DNA of 51,331 nt. It comes from an uncultured Acidimicrobiaceae bacterium. Lineage in GTDB: Bacteria > Actinomycetota > Acidimicrobiia > Spongiisociales > UBA5794. The position numbers and the translations under genes are program-made. Within the stretch, counting starts at the first letter, position 1; each line of letters opens with the position of its first letter. Location: positions 1 to 51,331 of the forward strand of contig CAZCBO010000001.1 of the NCBI GenBank assembly GCA_964496825.1. Direction: 5' to 3'. Positions 1 to 9,008 of the stretch are shown in pieces. The notes beneath the pieces were generated by a model. It saw only the letters and a program-made list of their open reading frames with translations, was not told the DNA's origin and did no database searches.

Positions 1-1077
1 CACCTTCTCGGCGATGGCCCTGCCGACCTCCTCGGTCGAGCTGAAGCCACCGATGTCTCTCGTTCTGATCTCCCCTGCCGTGAGGATCGCGGCGACCGCC
101 CGCTCGATGCCGGCGGCGGCGTCGTGTTCACCCAGGTGATCGAGCATCATCCGGGTCGCCTCGATCGAGGCGATGGGGTTGACCCTGCCCTGGCCGGTGT
201 ACTTGGGGGCGGAGCCGTGGATGGGCTCGAACATCGAGGGGTAGGTCCGCTCCGGGTTGATGTTGCCGCCGGCGGCGAATCCCATCCCGCCCTGGAGCAT
301 CGCCCCGAGGTCGGTGATGATGTCCCCGAACAGGTTCGAGGCCACCACCACGTCGAAGTAGTCGGGGTTCTTGACGAACCACATGGTGAGGGCATCGACC
401 AGGGCCAGGTCGGTCTCGATGTCGGGGTAGTCGGCGGCGACCTCGTCGAACACCGAGTCCCAGAAGACCATCGAGTAGTTGAGGGCGTTCGACTTGGTGC
501 AGTTGGTCACCCGGCCGACCACCTCGCCGTCGCCGAGCGTCCGCCGTTCCCCGGCTCGCTCGAAGGCGTAGCGGATCACCCGCTCGCAGCCCTTGTGGGT
601 GAACACCCCGGTCTGGAGCGCGATGGCGTCGGGGGTTCCCCTCTTGAAGATCCCCCCGACGCCGGAGTATTCGCCCTCGGTGTTCTCACGGACGACGAGG
701 ATGTCGAGCGTGTCGGGGTGCGCCGTCGTCACCGGTGTCTCCACCCCGGGGTAGAGCCGGATCGGCCGCAGGTTCACGTACTGGTCGAAGCCCTTGCGGA
801 TCCGGAGCAGGGCCTCGAGCGAGACGTGGTCCGGCACCTTGGCGGCATCGCCGATGCAGCCGAGGAAGATCGCATCGAAGGGCGCCAGGAGCTCGAGGGC
901 GTCGTCGGGCAGCATGTCACCGGTGGCGAGGCAGCGGTCGCAGCTCCAATCGAAGGTCTCGAAGGAGACCCCGAACCCGTACACGGCGGCGGCGGCCTCG
1001 GTGATCCGCACCGCCTCCGCGGCCACCTCGGGCCCCACGCCGTCGCCGGGGATCACGGCGATCTGATACTCGTTCAT
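1..1077 (-). CDS. Tartrate dehydrogenase/decarboxylase or 3-isopropylmalate dehydrogenase family protein (partial, C-terminal end beyond window edge)
   Basis: My reverse-complement translation from CAT at 1075-1077 gives [59 protein letters not shown]. The frame stays open to base 1 (..[20 protein letters not shown]). It is absent from the ORF track because there is no stop in the window. The + ORF 124..1236 over it is an antisense artefact. Confidence 0.85.
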   Translation of the reverse strand, partial: MNEYQIAVIPGDGVGPEVAAEAVRITEAAAAVYGFGVSFETFDWSCDRCLATGDMLPDDALELLAPFDAIFLGCIGDAAKVPDHVSLEALLRIRKGFDQYVNLRPIRLYPGVETPVTTAHPDTLDILVVRENTEGEYSGVGGIFKRGTPDAIALQTGVFTHKGCERVIRYAFERAGERRTLGDGEVVGRVTNCTKSNALNYSMVFWDSVFDEVAADYPDIETDLALVDALTMWFVKNPDYFDVVVASNLFGDIITDLGAMLQGGMGFAAGGNINPERTYPSMFEPIHGSAPKYTGQGRVNPIASIEATRMMLDHLGEHDAAAGIERAVAAILTAGEIRTRDIGGFSSTEEVGRAIAEKV

Positions 1078-1099
1078 GCCTCGCCCCGTCCATTCTCCC

Positions 1100-1120
1100 G
1101 TTCCCGGTCGACCCGGGAAC
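1100..1120. promoter_or_regulatory. Inverted repeat GTTCCCGG-tcgac-CCGGGAAC in divergent promoter region
   Basis: Read directly: perfect 8-bp arms with a 5-nt spacer, about 22 nt upstream of the minus-strand dehydrogenase start. Role (operator or leader hairpin) is unknown. Confidence 0.3.
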
Positions 1121-1185
1121 CAGCCGAAAGTCCCGATTCCTTCCGCACTTTGACGCCTCTCGCCGCCGCCGACTACTCTACACTA

Positions 1186-1200
1186 TCGATAATCGATGAT
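1186..1200 (+). promoter_or_regulatory. AT-rich 15-nt motif TCGATAATCGATGAT, copy 1
   Basis: Exact 15-mer shared with 19302..19316, and one mismatch from the reverse complement of 29929..29943. It lies 36 nt upstream of the cupin ATG, in the divergent intergenic region. Confidence 0.6.
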
Positions 1201-1236
1201 TCCTCCCACCCGTGGAGGTCGACTGCGAGGTGCAGC

Positions 1237-1599
1237 ATGCTCAAAGCCGTCACCCGGGAGGAAGCCGAACGCTTCGAGCTCCCCGGCCGCGATTGGTATC
1301 ACTACAGCGGGCCCGGCATCACCGGCGCCAAGCACCTCACGGTCGGGTTCTCGGTCTTCCCCGCCGGCTCCGCCCCCGAGGGTCACGTCCACCCAAACGA
1401 AGAGGAAACGATCTACATCGTCGCCGGCCACGGTGAGCTGGTGACGCCGGAGGGCACCGTCGCCCTCGAGCCGGGCACGACCGTCTACATCCCGATCGGC
1501 CTCCACCACGCCACCGTGTCCCACGGCCCCGGCGACCTGGAGATGGTGACCGCCTTCGGTCCCCCGGTGGTGCCCGGATCCTACGAAGAGGACGATTGA
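1237..1599 (+). CDS. Cupin domain protein (120 aa)
   Basis: Internal ATG at 1237 of track ORF 124..1599. The sequence GHVHPNEEETIYIVAGHG...YIPIGLHH fits the two-motif cupin metal site G(X)5HXH...E and H. Confidence 0.75.
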   Translation: MLKAVTREEAERFELPGRDWYHYSGPGITGAKHLTVGFSVFPAGSAPEGHVHPNEEETIYIVAGHGELVTPEGTVALEPGTTVYIPIGLHHATVSHGPGDLEMVTAFGPPVVPGSYEEDD

Positions 1600-1600
1600 C

Positions 1601-2488
1601 ATGACTGCAGAGGTCAAGGAGCTCCCCGACGTGGCGGAGCTCGACGAGCTGGCCAGGCAAGCGAGGGTGGCGATCGTCAAGGCGATCTACCACGCCAAGG
1701 GAGGACACCTCGGCGGGCCGCTCTCCGCCACCGACATGCTCACCGCGCTCTACTGGCGCATCCTCAACATCCGTCCCGACGAGCCGCTCTGGCCCGAGCG
1801 GGATCGGTTCGTCCTCTCCAAGGGACACAGCTGCATCGCGCTCTACGCGGTGATGGCGCTGCGCGGCTACTTCCCGCTCGAGGAGCTCGACACCTTCGAC
1901 GCCATCGACTCACGCCTCCAGGGACATCCCGACATGAAGGCGCTGCCCGGCCTCGACATGTCGTCGGGGTCGTTGGGCCTCGGCTTCTCCGGTGCAATCG
2001 GCATCGCCCTCGGCGCCAAGGCCACCGACGCCCCCTTCACCACCTATGCCATGCTCGGTGACGGCGAGTGCAACGAGGGCATCGTCTGGGAAGGGGCGCA
2101 CATCGCCAACCGTTACCGGCTCGACAACCTCATCGCCATCATCGACCACAACAAGCTCCAGCAGTTCGGCTGGCGCGGCGACAGCGCCGACCACCGCATC
2201 TCGCCCTACGAGGGCAGCGAGCTCGCCGACCGGTGGAGGGCTTTCGGGTGGGACGTCTTCGAGGTCGACGGCCACGACATCGGCGCCTTCCTCGAGCTCA
2301 TGGAATCGACCGGGGTACAGGACGCCGACGGCCCGGTGGCGGTCGTCGCCCACACCGTGAAGGGCAAGGGCGTCTCCTACATGGAGAACGTGTTCAAGTG
2401 GCACGCCAGGGTTCCGACCGACGAGGAGCTCGCCATCGCCCTTACCGAGCTCGGGGAATCGCCCGACGGGGAAGGGGGTGGCGCATGA
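1601..2488 (+). CDS. Transketolase, N-terminal (TPP-binding) subunit of a split transketolase
   Basis: Contains KGGHLGGPLS, LSKGHS and GDGECNEG motifs. The ATG lies 1 nt after the cupin stop. Confidence 0.9.
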   Translation: MTAEVKELPDVAELDELARQARVAIVKAIYHAKGGHLGGPLSATDMLTALYWRILNIRPDEPLWPERDRFVLSKGHSCIALYAVMALRGYFPLEELDTFDAIDSRLQGHPDMKALPGLDMSSGSLGLGFSGAIGIALGAKATDAPFTTYAMLGDGECNEGIVWEGAHIANRYRLDNLIAIIDHNKLQQFGWRGDSADHRISPYEGSELADRWRAFGWDVFEVDGHDIGAFLELMESTGVQDADGPVAVVAHTVKGKGVSYMENVFKWHARVPTDEELAIALTELGESPDGEGGGA

Positions 2489-3432
2489 CCGTCACCATGA
2501 GCCAGCCGCTCCGCGTGACCTTCGGCGAGGTCGTCGCCGAGATGGCCGATACCGATCATCGCATCGTCGTCGTCGACGGCGACCTGGGCAGCTCGACCCG
2601 TGCCGACATCTTCGAGAACGCGCACCCGGACCGCATGTTCCAGATGGGTGTCGCCGAACAGAACATGCTCGGCGTGGCAGCGGGGATGGCCACGGTCGGG
2701 CTCATCCCCTTCGTCAGCACCTTCGCATGCTTCGCCGTGGCCAGGGCGCTCGACTCGGTACGGGTGCTGATCGCCCAGCCCAACCTGCCGGTGAAGATCA
2801 TGGGCGGGTATGCGGGGCTCCTGGCAGGGATGACCGGCAAGACCCATCTCATGTTCGACGACGTCTCGATCATGCGGGCGATGCCCAACATGACGGTCGT
2901 ATCACCCGCCGACGACATCGAAGCCGCCCAGGTGCTGCGCACCATCGTCGACGACCCCGGGCCCTCCTATGTTCGTCTGGCCCGGCAGGCGGCGCCACGG
3001 ATGTTCGATGACGACTACACCTTCGACTTGAACCGTTCGGTCGTGCTTCGCAAGGGCAATGACGTGACCCTGGTCACGACCGGGGTCCAGGCCGTTCGGA
3101 CGCTCGAGGCCGCCGAGCTGCTCGCCGAGCGGGGCATCGATGCCCACGTGCTGCACGTGCCGACGATCAAGCCGATCGACATCGAGGGCATCGTCGCCGC
3201 CGCCGAGCGGACCGGGTTCGTCATCACCGTCGAGGAGCACACGATCATCGGCGGGCTCGGTGGTGCGGTCGCCGAGGTCCTCGCCGAGCATGCCCCGACC
3301 CCGATGCGGTTCCACGGGATCATGGACGTCTACGGCGAATCCGGACCCGACGACGCCCTGCTCGAGAAGTATCGGCTGTCGGGGGGGCGGGTCGCCGACG
3401 TGGTCGCCGAGCACATGGAGTCGAGGCCGTGA
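2485..3432 (+). CDS. Transketolase, C-terminal (pyrimidine-binding) subunit
   Basis: ATG at 2485 overlaps the previous stop (ATGA). FQMGVAEQNM, FACFAVARA and HTIIGGLG are typical of the C-terminal half of split transketolases. Confidence 0.9.
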   Translation: MTVTMSQPLRVTFGEVVAEMADTDHRIVVVDGDLGSSTRADIFENAHPDRMFQMGVAEQNMLGVAAGMATVGLIPFVSTFACFAVARALDSVRVLIAQPNLPVKIMGGYAGLLAGMTGKTHLMFDDVSIMRAMPNMTVVSPADDIEAAQVLRTIVDDPGPSYVRLARQAAPRMFDDDYTFDLNRSVVLRKGNDVTLVTTGVQAVRTLEAAELLAERGIDAHVLHVPTIKPIDIEGIVAAAERTGFVITVEEHTIIGGLGGAVAEVLAEHAPTPMRFHGIMDVYGESGPDDALLEKYRLSGGRVADVVAEHMESRP

Positions 3433-4214
3433 GCCAGTTCGACATCTACCGTCTCGACGACCAGGTGGCGGTGGTCCCCGGAGGGAGCGGGGGCATCGGA
3501 TCGCAGATCTCGCCCGCCCTGGCCCGCGCCGGGGCAAGCGTCGCCATCGTCGGTCGGAACGCCGAAGCCGCCAAGGCCGTCGCCGAGACCATCGAGGAGG
3601 AGGGCGGCTCGGCGCTGGTCGTCACCGCCGACGTCACCGAGCGCGACCAGGCCGAACGTGCCATCGACGAGGTCATGGACCGGTATGGCAGGGTCGACAT
3701 CATCGTCAACGCCGTCGGCGGCGGAGCCGGCAAGGTCCTCTTCCCTGCCCACGAGTACCCGGACGACGCCTGGAAGTGGATCTTCGACCTCAACCTCACC
3801 AGCGCCCTGCTCCCCACCCAGGCGGCGGTGAGGAAGATGATCGAGGGAGGCCGCGGCGGCCGCGTGCTCAACATCTCCTCGGTACGCGGTCAGCTCGGCA
3901 TCAACGCCGGGTACTCGGCCTATGTCGCCGCCAAGGGGGCGCTCGACGCGTTGACCCGGCAGGAGGCCACCGAATGGGCCCCCTACGGCATCACCGCCAA
4001 CGCCATCTCGCCCACCTTCGTCGACACTCCGCAGGTGGCGATGCTGCTCGACGATCCCGAGTTCAAGTCGGCGCTGGTGAGCCGCATCCCGCTGGGACGG
4101 GTCGGGACGCCCGACGATCTGATCGGGGCCGTCCTCTTCTTCGTCTCACCGGCGTCGTCGTTCGTCACCGGCCAGATCCTCACCATCGACGGGGGGCTGA
4201 CCGCCACCCAGTGA
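3429..4214 (+). CDS. Short-chain dehydrogenase/reductase (SDR)
   Basis: GTG at 3429 overlaps the previous stop (GTGA). Has the Rossmann motif PGGSGGIGS, NAVGG, and the catalytic Ser..YVAAK (YxxxK). Confidence 0.9.
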   Translation: MSQFDIYRLDDQVAVVPGGSGGIGSQISPALARAGASVAIVGRNAEAAKAVAETIEEEGGSALVVTADVTERDQAERAIDEVMDRYGRVDIIVNAVGGGAGKVLFPAHEYPDDAWKWIFDLNLTSALLPTQAAVRKMIEGGRGGRVLNISSVRGQLGINAGYSAYVAAKGALDALTRQEATEWAPYGITANAISPTFVDTPQVAMLLDDPEFKSALVSRIPLGRVGTPDDLIGAVLFFVSPASSFVTGQILTIDGGLTATQ

Positions 4215-4228
4215 AAGGAGCCAGAGTC

Positions 4229-5089
4229 GTGGAACAGGTCACCGAGAACGTCTACACGAACACGAAGCTGCGGGGCTGCAACCCCAGCTTCGTCACCACG
4301 TCCGACGGCGTGGTCGTGATCGACACTCCGCAGCTCCCCACCAAGGCCGTCGCCATGCGTGAGGAGGCCGAGTCGCACGGGCCGCTGCGGTACCTCATCA
4401 ACACGGAGCACCACGTCGACCACATCTTCGGCAACTACTTCTTCAAGGGAGCCTGCCCGGTCGTGCACCACCAAGGCGTCTACGACAACTTCATGGTGCC
4501 GACCCCGGAGCTCAACCCCTACGAGTACGCCAGGGAGGCCATCCCCACCGATGATCCCGAGGGCGAGGCGATCTTCCCCGACGAGGAGACCTACTTCGCC
4601 GATCCCAACAAGGGCTCGATCGTCTTCACCGGCGATCTCCGCCTCTACGTCGGCGACCACACCTTCGAGCTGCTCCACACGCCGGGCCACACCCCCGGGC
4701 AGGTGGCGGTGTTCGTGCCCGAGGAACGGGTCGTCTTCACCGGGGACACGATCTTCTCGGAGTGCCAGACCTGGCTGATGACCTCGGACGTGCCCCAGTG
4801 GCTCGAGGCGTTGGAGCGGATCAAGTCGCTCGACTTCGACTTCCTGGTCCCCGGCCACGGCCCGGTGACCGACAAGGCCTACGTCGACACCCAGCGGCTG
4901 AACCTCATGGAGTGGGAGACCGCGGTGGCGGCCGCCATCGCCAACGGCTGGAGCCGGGACGAAACGATCGAGCGGGTCCACTTCCGCGACAAGTGCTCGG
5001 TCGACATCGGCCAGGAATACATGATGGACCACATCCAGCAGAACAACGCCGCAGCCCTCTTCGACAAGCTCTCCGCCGGGGTGGGGTGA
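4229..5089 (+). CDS. MBL-fold metallo-hydrolase
   Basis: GTG at 4229 is preceded by AAGGAG at 4214-4219. Has the HxHxDH motif in TEHHVDHIFG, then HTPGHTPG and VPGHG. Confidence 0.85.
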   Translation: MEQVTENVYTNTKLRGCNPSFVTTSDGVVVIDTPQLPTKAVAMREEAESHGPLRYLINTEHHVDHIFGNYFFKGACPVVHHQGVYDNFMVPTPELNPYEYAREAIPTDDPEGEAIFPDEETYFADPNKGSIVFTGDLRLYVGDHTFELLHTPGHTPGQVAVFVPEERVVFTGDTIFSECQTWLMTSDVPQWLEALERIKSLDFDFLVPGHGPVTDKAYVDTQRLNLMEWETAVAAAIANGWSRDETIERVHFRDKCSVDIGQEYMMDHIQQNNAAALFDKLSAGVG

Positions 5090-5153
5090 TCGAAACCGAC
5101 CAACGGCTCTGGCGATACCGGTCGGACGCCAACACGGTGAGGGTGTGTCGGCA

Positions 5154-6305
5154 ATGTCTCATGGCCGGTCCGGACGCCTGGCGTACCTCGACAACCTGAA
5201 GGTCGTTCTCGTCGCCGCGGTGATCGTCGCCCACGCCGCAATGACCTACGGAGCGTTCGGGTCCTGGGTGTACGAGGAGCCTTCCCTGTCCACCCCGGTC
5301 GAGGGAGGGCTGAGCGCCGCCATCGTCCTCGGTGCGATGTTCGGTCTCGGCCTGTTCTATCTCGTGGCCGGGATGCTGACGCCGGGACCGCTGGCTCGCC
5401 GCGGGCCGAGAGGCATGCTCTCGAGCCGGGTGATTCGCCTCGGTGCGCCGCTCCTGGCGTACGTGGTGATCGTCTGGCCGGTGCTGCGGTGGATCACCGA
5501 TCGCGCCACGGGGAACGGAGGGTCGCTGTGGGCGTCACTCCGGAGTCAGTTCTCCGGTGAAGCGGTGTGGTCGCTGGGATCCGGGCCGTTGTGGTTCGTC
5601 GCCGTGCTCCTCGTGCTGACGATCGCCTTCGTGCTGTGGCGGTCGGTTCGTCCCGCCCCGGCGCCTCGAGCCGAACGGCTCGCCCCTCACCACCTTGCCG
5701 TCGCGGCGGGGCTCATTGCCGTCGGCAGCTTCCTGGTCAGGCTTGCCTTCCCCATCGACTCCCAGCAGTTCCTCGACCTCCACGTGTGGATGTGGCCGCA
5801 GGCCGCCGTCCTGTTCGTGCTCGGCGCCGTCGGATTCGAGCGGGGTTGGCTCGGAGCGTTGCCGACAGGGACCCGGAGGGGCTGCGCCTGGGCGGTGATC
5901 GCAGCGGCCATCGCGCTGGCCTCGATGTTCCTCCTCTCCGGCGACGACGGAGCGTTCACCGGGGGCTGGCACTGGGAGGCGCTCGGCCTCGCCGCCGTCG
6001 AGGGAGTGGTCGCGGTCACCGCCTCGCTGCTGGTGCTCGACTGGTTTCGGCGACGGCGCGACCGAGACACCAGGATCAACCGGAGTCTCGGCGGGAGCTC
6101 CTACCCGGCCTTCGTCGTCCAGGGCCCGGTGCTGGTCGGTCTGGCGCTGCTCCTGCGTCCGGCCGACATCCCGGGAGACGTCAAGTTCGTCGCGCTCGCC
6201 GTCGGGGGGGTCGTCGTTTCGTACGCGATCGCAGCCCTGGCGCGAGTCGTGCGGCGCCCATCCCAGCTACTTCCAGTCAGGATCGGGGCGCCGGTGGAGA
6301 TGTAA
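5154..6305 (+). CDS. Acyltransferase family 3 integral membrane protein
   Basis: The N-terminus LDNLKVVLVAAVIVAHA and about 10 hydrophobic helices are typical of acyltransferase_3. ATG 5154 is preferred over the track start GTG 5145 because of GGTGAGGG at 5136-5143. Confidence 0.72.
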   Translation: MSHGRSGRLAYLDNLKVVLVAAVIVAHAAMTYGAFGSWVYEEPSLSTPVEGGLSAAIVLGAMFGLGLFYLVAGMLTPGPLARRGPRGMLSSRVIRLGAPLLAYVVIVWPVLRWITDRATGNGGSLWASLRSQFSGEAVWSLGSGPLWFVAVLLVLTIAFVLWRSVRPAPAPRAERLAPHHLAVAAGLIAVGSFLVRLAFPIDSQQFLDLHVWMWPQAAVLFVLGAVGFERGWLGALPTGTRRGCAWAVIAAAIALASMFLLSGDDGAFTGGWHWEALGLAAVEGVVAVTASLLVLDWFRRRRDRDTRINRSLGGSSYPAFVVQGPVLVGLALLLRPADIPGDVKFVALAVGGVVVSYAIAALARVVRRPSQLLPVRIGAPVEM

Positions 6306-6330
6306 CCGTCGACAGCGGGTTTGAGGACCC

Positions 6331-6752
6331 GTGCGCACAGAAGAGTGGGCCATGGGTGCGAACGGCCGGTTCGAAGAGCTGTACGAGCGACACTTCAGGG
6401 AGATCCTCGCCTACTGCCTCCGCCGCGGCCCGGCCGACGACGGCTGCAACGCGGTCCTCGAGGCGGCGTCGCACCTCAACGCTCGCGACCGGGAGGTGCT
6501 CGACCTCGCCGCCTGGGAGGGCCTTCCCCATCGGGAAATTGCCGAGATCCTGGGGTGTTCGATCGCCGCCGTCGACCAGCGGCTGCACACGTCGAGGTCG
6601 ACGAGATCTCAGGTGCGAGCCACGGAGAGGTGGTATTCCACGACAACACCGGCGAGGAAGGCGACGACTGGATCACCCTCGAACGGAACAACCCCGCCGG
6701 GCAGGAGGCGGTGCGGTTGATCCTCGAGGCGATCGAGGCCGCCAGGGAGTAG
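6331..6752 (+). pseudogene. Decayed ECF sigma-70 paralogue (region 2 largely deleted, probable frameshift at 3' end)
   Basis: FEELYERHFREILAYCLRRG aligns with FRDLYTEHYPAVLGYCLRRA of the intact sigma at 7548..8096. It then jumps straight to region 4 (DREVLDLAAWEGLPHREIAEILGCSIAAVDQRLH), so about 75 aa are missing. A second frame (6321..6752) carries the protein-like tail EVVFHDNTGEEGDDWITLERNNPAGQEAVRLILEAIEAARE. Confidence 0.55.
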
Positions 6753-6810
6753 GCCGGGCGACGCACCACGTCCTAGGGGCACCGTGCGAACGATGCCGGA
6801 CGCGATTGAC

Positions 6811-7551
6811 CTACTCGGTGAGGCTCGCCACGAAGGCAGCCTCGTGTTCGGCCAGGAATCGCCCACAGCGCTCGGTGAACGGGAAGCCTGCGGTGCTCAT
6901 CGGCGAGCTCTGGTCGGGAGCGCAGGCGTCGGCGAAGCCGGCGGGATCCTCCTGGCTCGCAAACGAGCCGAGCCGCAGCTCGACCAGACCGTAGCTGGGG
7001 GTTTCGATCCGGACGATGCGGCCATCCTCGACGACGAACCGCCCCGAGCTCGCATCGAGTCCGAGGGCGTCCGTGGCCGCGATGCGCCATACCCACTCGC
7101 AATTCACCGACCCCGGCGTTCCAGCCGGACTGCACTCCGTATCCATCACGCCATCGAACGGCAGCGACCACTCCATCAAGCCGCGGAAATCGGACACACC
7201 CGCCGCCCCGGGTATCGATGCCTCCGGATCGACGAGAGCGAGCGCACCGGCGACGTCGCCGCGGTTCCACCGCTCGAAGAACTCGGCGACGACGTCGATC
7301 GGTGCCGAGGTGGCAACGTCGCCGGTACCGCGGAGTCCGATCAGCGCTGCGCCCCCGGCCAGGATCACGGCGGCAAACATCGCGGCGACAACGAGCCAGC
7401 GTCGGGCTTCGATCGGTCGTATCACGATGGCCTCGTCGAGAGAGGAGACGTGCTGCCACTCGTCGTGCCCCGCGACGTCGAGATATCGCTCGGGATCGGG
7501 CATCGGGTTGGCAGCCACGAGACGCTCATAGGCACGATCGGTGGCGTTCAC
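6811..7551 (-). CDS. Membrane-anchored NTF2/SnoaL-like protein, putative anti-sigma factor partner
   Basis: ATG overlaps the sigma factor stop (4 nt). Has a single TM helix (WLVVAAMFAAVILAGGAALIGL) followed by VVAEFFERWNRGDVAGA, which is SnoaL-like. No ZAS HxxxCxxC motif is present. Confidence 0.55.
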   Translation of the reverse strand: MNATDRAYERLVAANPMPDPERYLDVAGHDEWQHVSSLDEAIVIRPIEARRWLVVAAMFAAVILAGGAALIGLRGTGDVATSAPIDVVAEFFERWNRGDVAGALALVDPEASIPGAAGVSDFRGLMEWSLPFDGVMDTECSPAGTPGSVNCEWVWRIAATDALGLDASSGRFVVEDGRIVRIETPSYGLVELRLGSFASQEDPAGFADACAPDQSSPMSTAGFPFTERCGRFLAEHEAAFVASLTE

Positions 7552-8096
7552 AACGCTTCTCCTCTCCTCGCCACATCGTGGTGGCTCGTCCGGTCGGCGC
7601 GCGCCAGCTCGCTGCGGAATCGCTGCTTCGCCCTGGTGAGTCGCTTTTCGGCGGCGTGGAGCGAAATGGCAAAGCGCGCCGCGATCTGCGCCGCGCTCAG
7701 CCCCTCCCAGGCCGAGAGCAGCAGGATCTCGCGATCGCTCGGACGAAGCCGTTCCACGGCCTCGATCACCGCGGCATCCTCGGAGCGGCGAAGGATCAGG
7801 GTCTCGGGACCGACCTCACTCGACCCGCCGAGCCGCCGCACCCTCTCGACCAGCCTCGTGCGCCGCCGCAGCGACCGCCGGTGGTTGGCGATGGTCCTGG
7901 CGGCCACGGCGTACAGCCAGGGCAGCACGAGGTCACCCTCGGGGAGACCGCTCCGCCGCCGCCACGCCACGGCAAACACCTCCGATGCGAGATCCGGGGC
8001 GCTGTCCCGGTGCGCTCTGCGCAGGCAGTAGCCGAGCACCGCCGGATAGTGCTCGGTATAGAGGTCGCGAAACGACTCGTGCTCGTCGCCGGACAT
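7548..8096 (-). CDS. ECF-type RNA polymerase sigma-70 factor
   Basis: Start is CAT at 8094-8096. Region 2 is present (PDLASEVFAVAWRR..LPWLYAVAARTIANHRR), as is region 4 (DREILLLSAWEGLSAAQIAARFAISLHAAEKRLTRAKQRF). The longer track ORF (to 10160) is an artefact. Confidence 0.87.
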   Translation of the reverse strand: MSGDEHESFRDLYTEHYPAVLGYCLRRAHRDSAPDLASEVFAVAWRRRSGLPEGDLVLPWLYAVAARTIANHRRSLRRRTRLVERVRRLGGSSEVGPETLILRRSEDAAVIEAVERLRPSDREILLLSAWEGLSAAQIAARFAISLHAAEKRLTRAKQRFRSELARADRTSHHDVARRGEAL

Positions 8097-8118
8097 CGTC
8101 CTCACTCTCGCACTCTCT

Positions 8119-8146
8119 GTGTCCGGATGCCCGGGGACCCGGACAC
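8119..8146. promoter_or_regulatory. Inverted repeat GTGTCCGG-N12-CCGGACAC between ECF sigma and SGNH lipoprotein genes
   Basis: Read directly: perfect 8-bp arms in the 81-bp divergent intergenic region. Function not established. Confidence 0.3.
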
Positions 8147-8177
8147 TGGATGTGCGAACGCGACGGGGAGGAGCGCC

Positions 8178-9008
8178 ATGCACCGCCGGTTCTTCGCATT
8201 CCTGTTTGTCGTCGGCCTGGTTGCCGCAGCATGCGGCTCCACCGAGCGTCCTGCCGCGCCGACGACAACGGCGCCGAACACCACGGCCGCGACGTCGACG
8301 ACGGCGACCACCGCCGTCGCCGAGCGGTGGACCGTCGTGGCCCTGGGGGACAGCTTCGCCAACCTCTACGGCTGGCCGACCCAGCTCGCCGGGATGGTCT
8401 CGGAGGAGCTCGGCGTGGAGGTCGACGTCGACGGCGACGTCTGCTTCGGTGGATGCAGCTCCCTCGACCGGATCAGAGCCTCCGCGGGGTTGCGAGACAA
8501 GCTTGCGGCCGCGGACGTCGTCGTTCTCCAGCCGCAGCCCGGACGCGTCGTCGCACCCCTCTGGCGCTCGTACTTCGACGGCGATTGCGGCGGCGCGGAC
8601 GGGTTCGCGTGCTTCCGTGATGCCGAGTCCGCCTTCCGGACCTACGTCGGTGAGCTCCTCGACGAGGTGCTCGCGCTCGCGCAACCGGGAGCCACGGTTC
8701 GCGCCGTCCGGGCGACCGGGACCTGGGCCATCGAGTCCTTCAACCCGGGCCTCCGCGACACGGATCCGCAGGCCTTCGACCGTTTCCTGGAGAACATGCT
8801 GATCCTGAGCGACCACATCGCCGATGCGGCCGCCGAGCGGTGCATCGCCGTCGTCGACGTCAATGCGATCATGAGCGGACCGAGCTACCGGGATCCGGTC
8901 AACCCCGTCTTCTCGAATGACGGGAGGCATCCCTCGCCCGAGGGATCGAGAGTCATCGCGGCGTCGATCTACGCCCTCGGATTCGATTCCACGCCGGTCG
9001 ACTGTTGA
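8178..9008 (+). CDS. SGNH/GDSL-family hydrolase lipoprotein
   Basis: ATG at 8178 follows GGGGAGGAG. Has the lipobox LVAAAC, a Thr-rich linker, block I ALGDSF and block V DGRHPSPEG. Confidence 0.72.
   Translation: MHRRFFAFLFVVGLVAAACGSTERPAAPTTTAPNTTAATSTTATTAVAERWTVVALGDSFANLYGWPTQLAGMVSEELGVEVDVDGDVCFGGCSSLDRIRASAGLRDKLAAADVVVLQPQPGRVVAPLWRSYFDGDCGGADGFACFRDAESAFRTYVGELLDEVLALAQPGATVRAVRATGTWAIESFNPGLRDTDPQAFDRFLENMLILSDHIADAAAERCIAVVDVNAIMSGPSYRDPVNPVFSNDGRHPSPEGSRVIAASIYALGFDSTPVDC

Noticed and set aside
1186-1200. Reading the shared AT-rich motif simply as a sigma-70 -10 box (GATAAT) with an upstream -35
   Set aside because: Candidate -35 hexamers lie at wrong distances: TTGACG at 1150-1155 is 32 nt away, and TTGACT at 19285-19290 is 13 nt away. 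The motif may overlap a promoter, but a canonical -35/-10 pair is not supported.
124-1236. The N-terminal 371 codons of the 491-aa + ORF (124..1599)
   Set aside because: This part is antisense to a clearly recognisable dehydrogenase on the minus strand. Its sequence is low-complexity (G/V/D/H/R rich), as is typical of shadow ORFs in high-GC DNA. Only the last 120 codons (the cupin, from ATG 1237) look real.
3140-4228. The N-terminal 363 codons of the 649-aa + ORF (3140..5089), and likewise 30032..30940, 35315..35893, 36106..36522 and 37957..38238
   Set aside because: These track ORFs begin far upstream in frames that overlap other well-supported genes, and the upstream translations are Arg/Pro/Gly-rich. 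Internal starts with RBS-like sequences or stop-start overlaps give products that begin where family homology begins.
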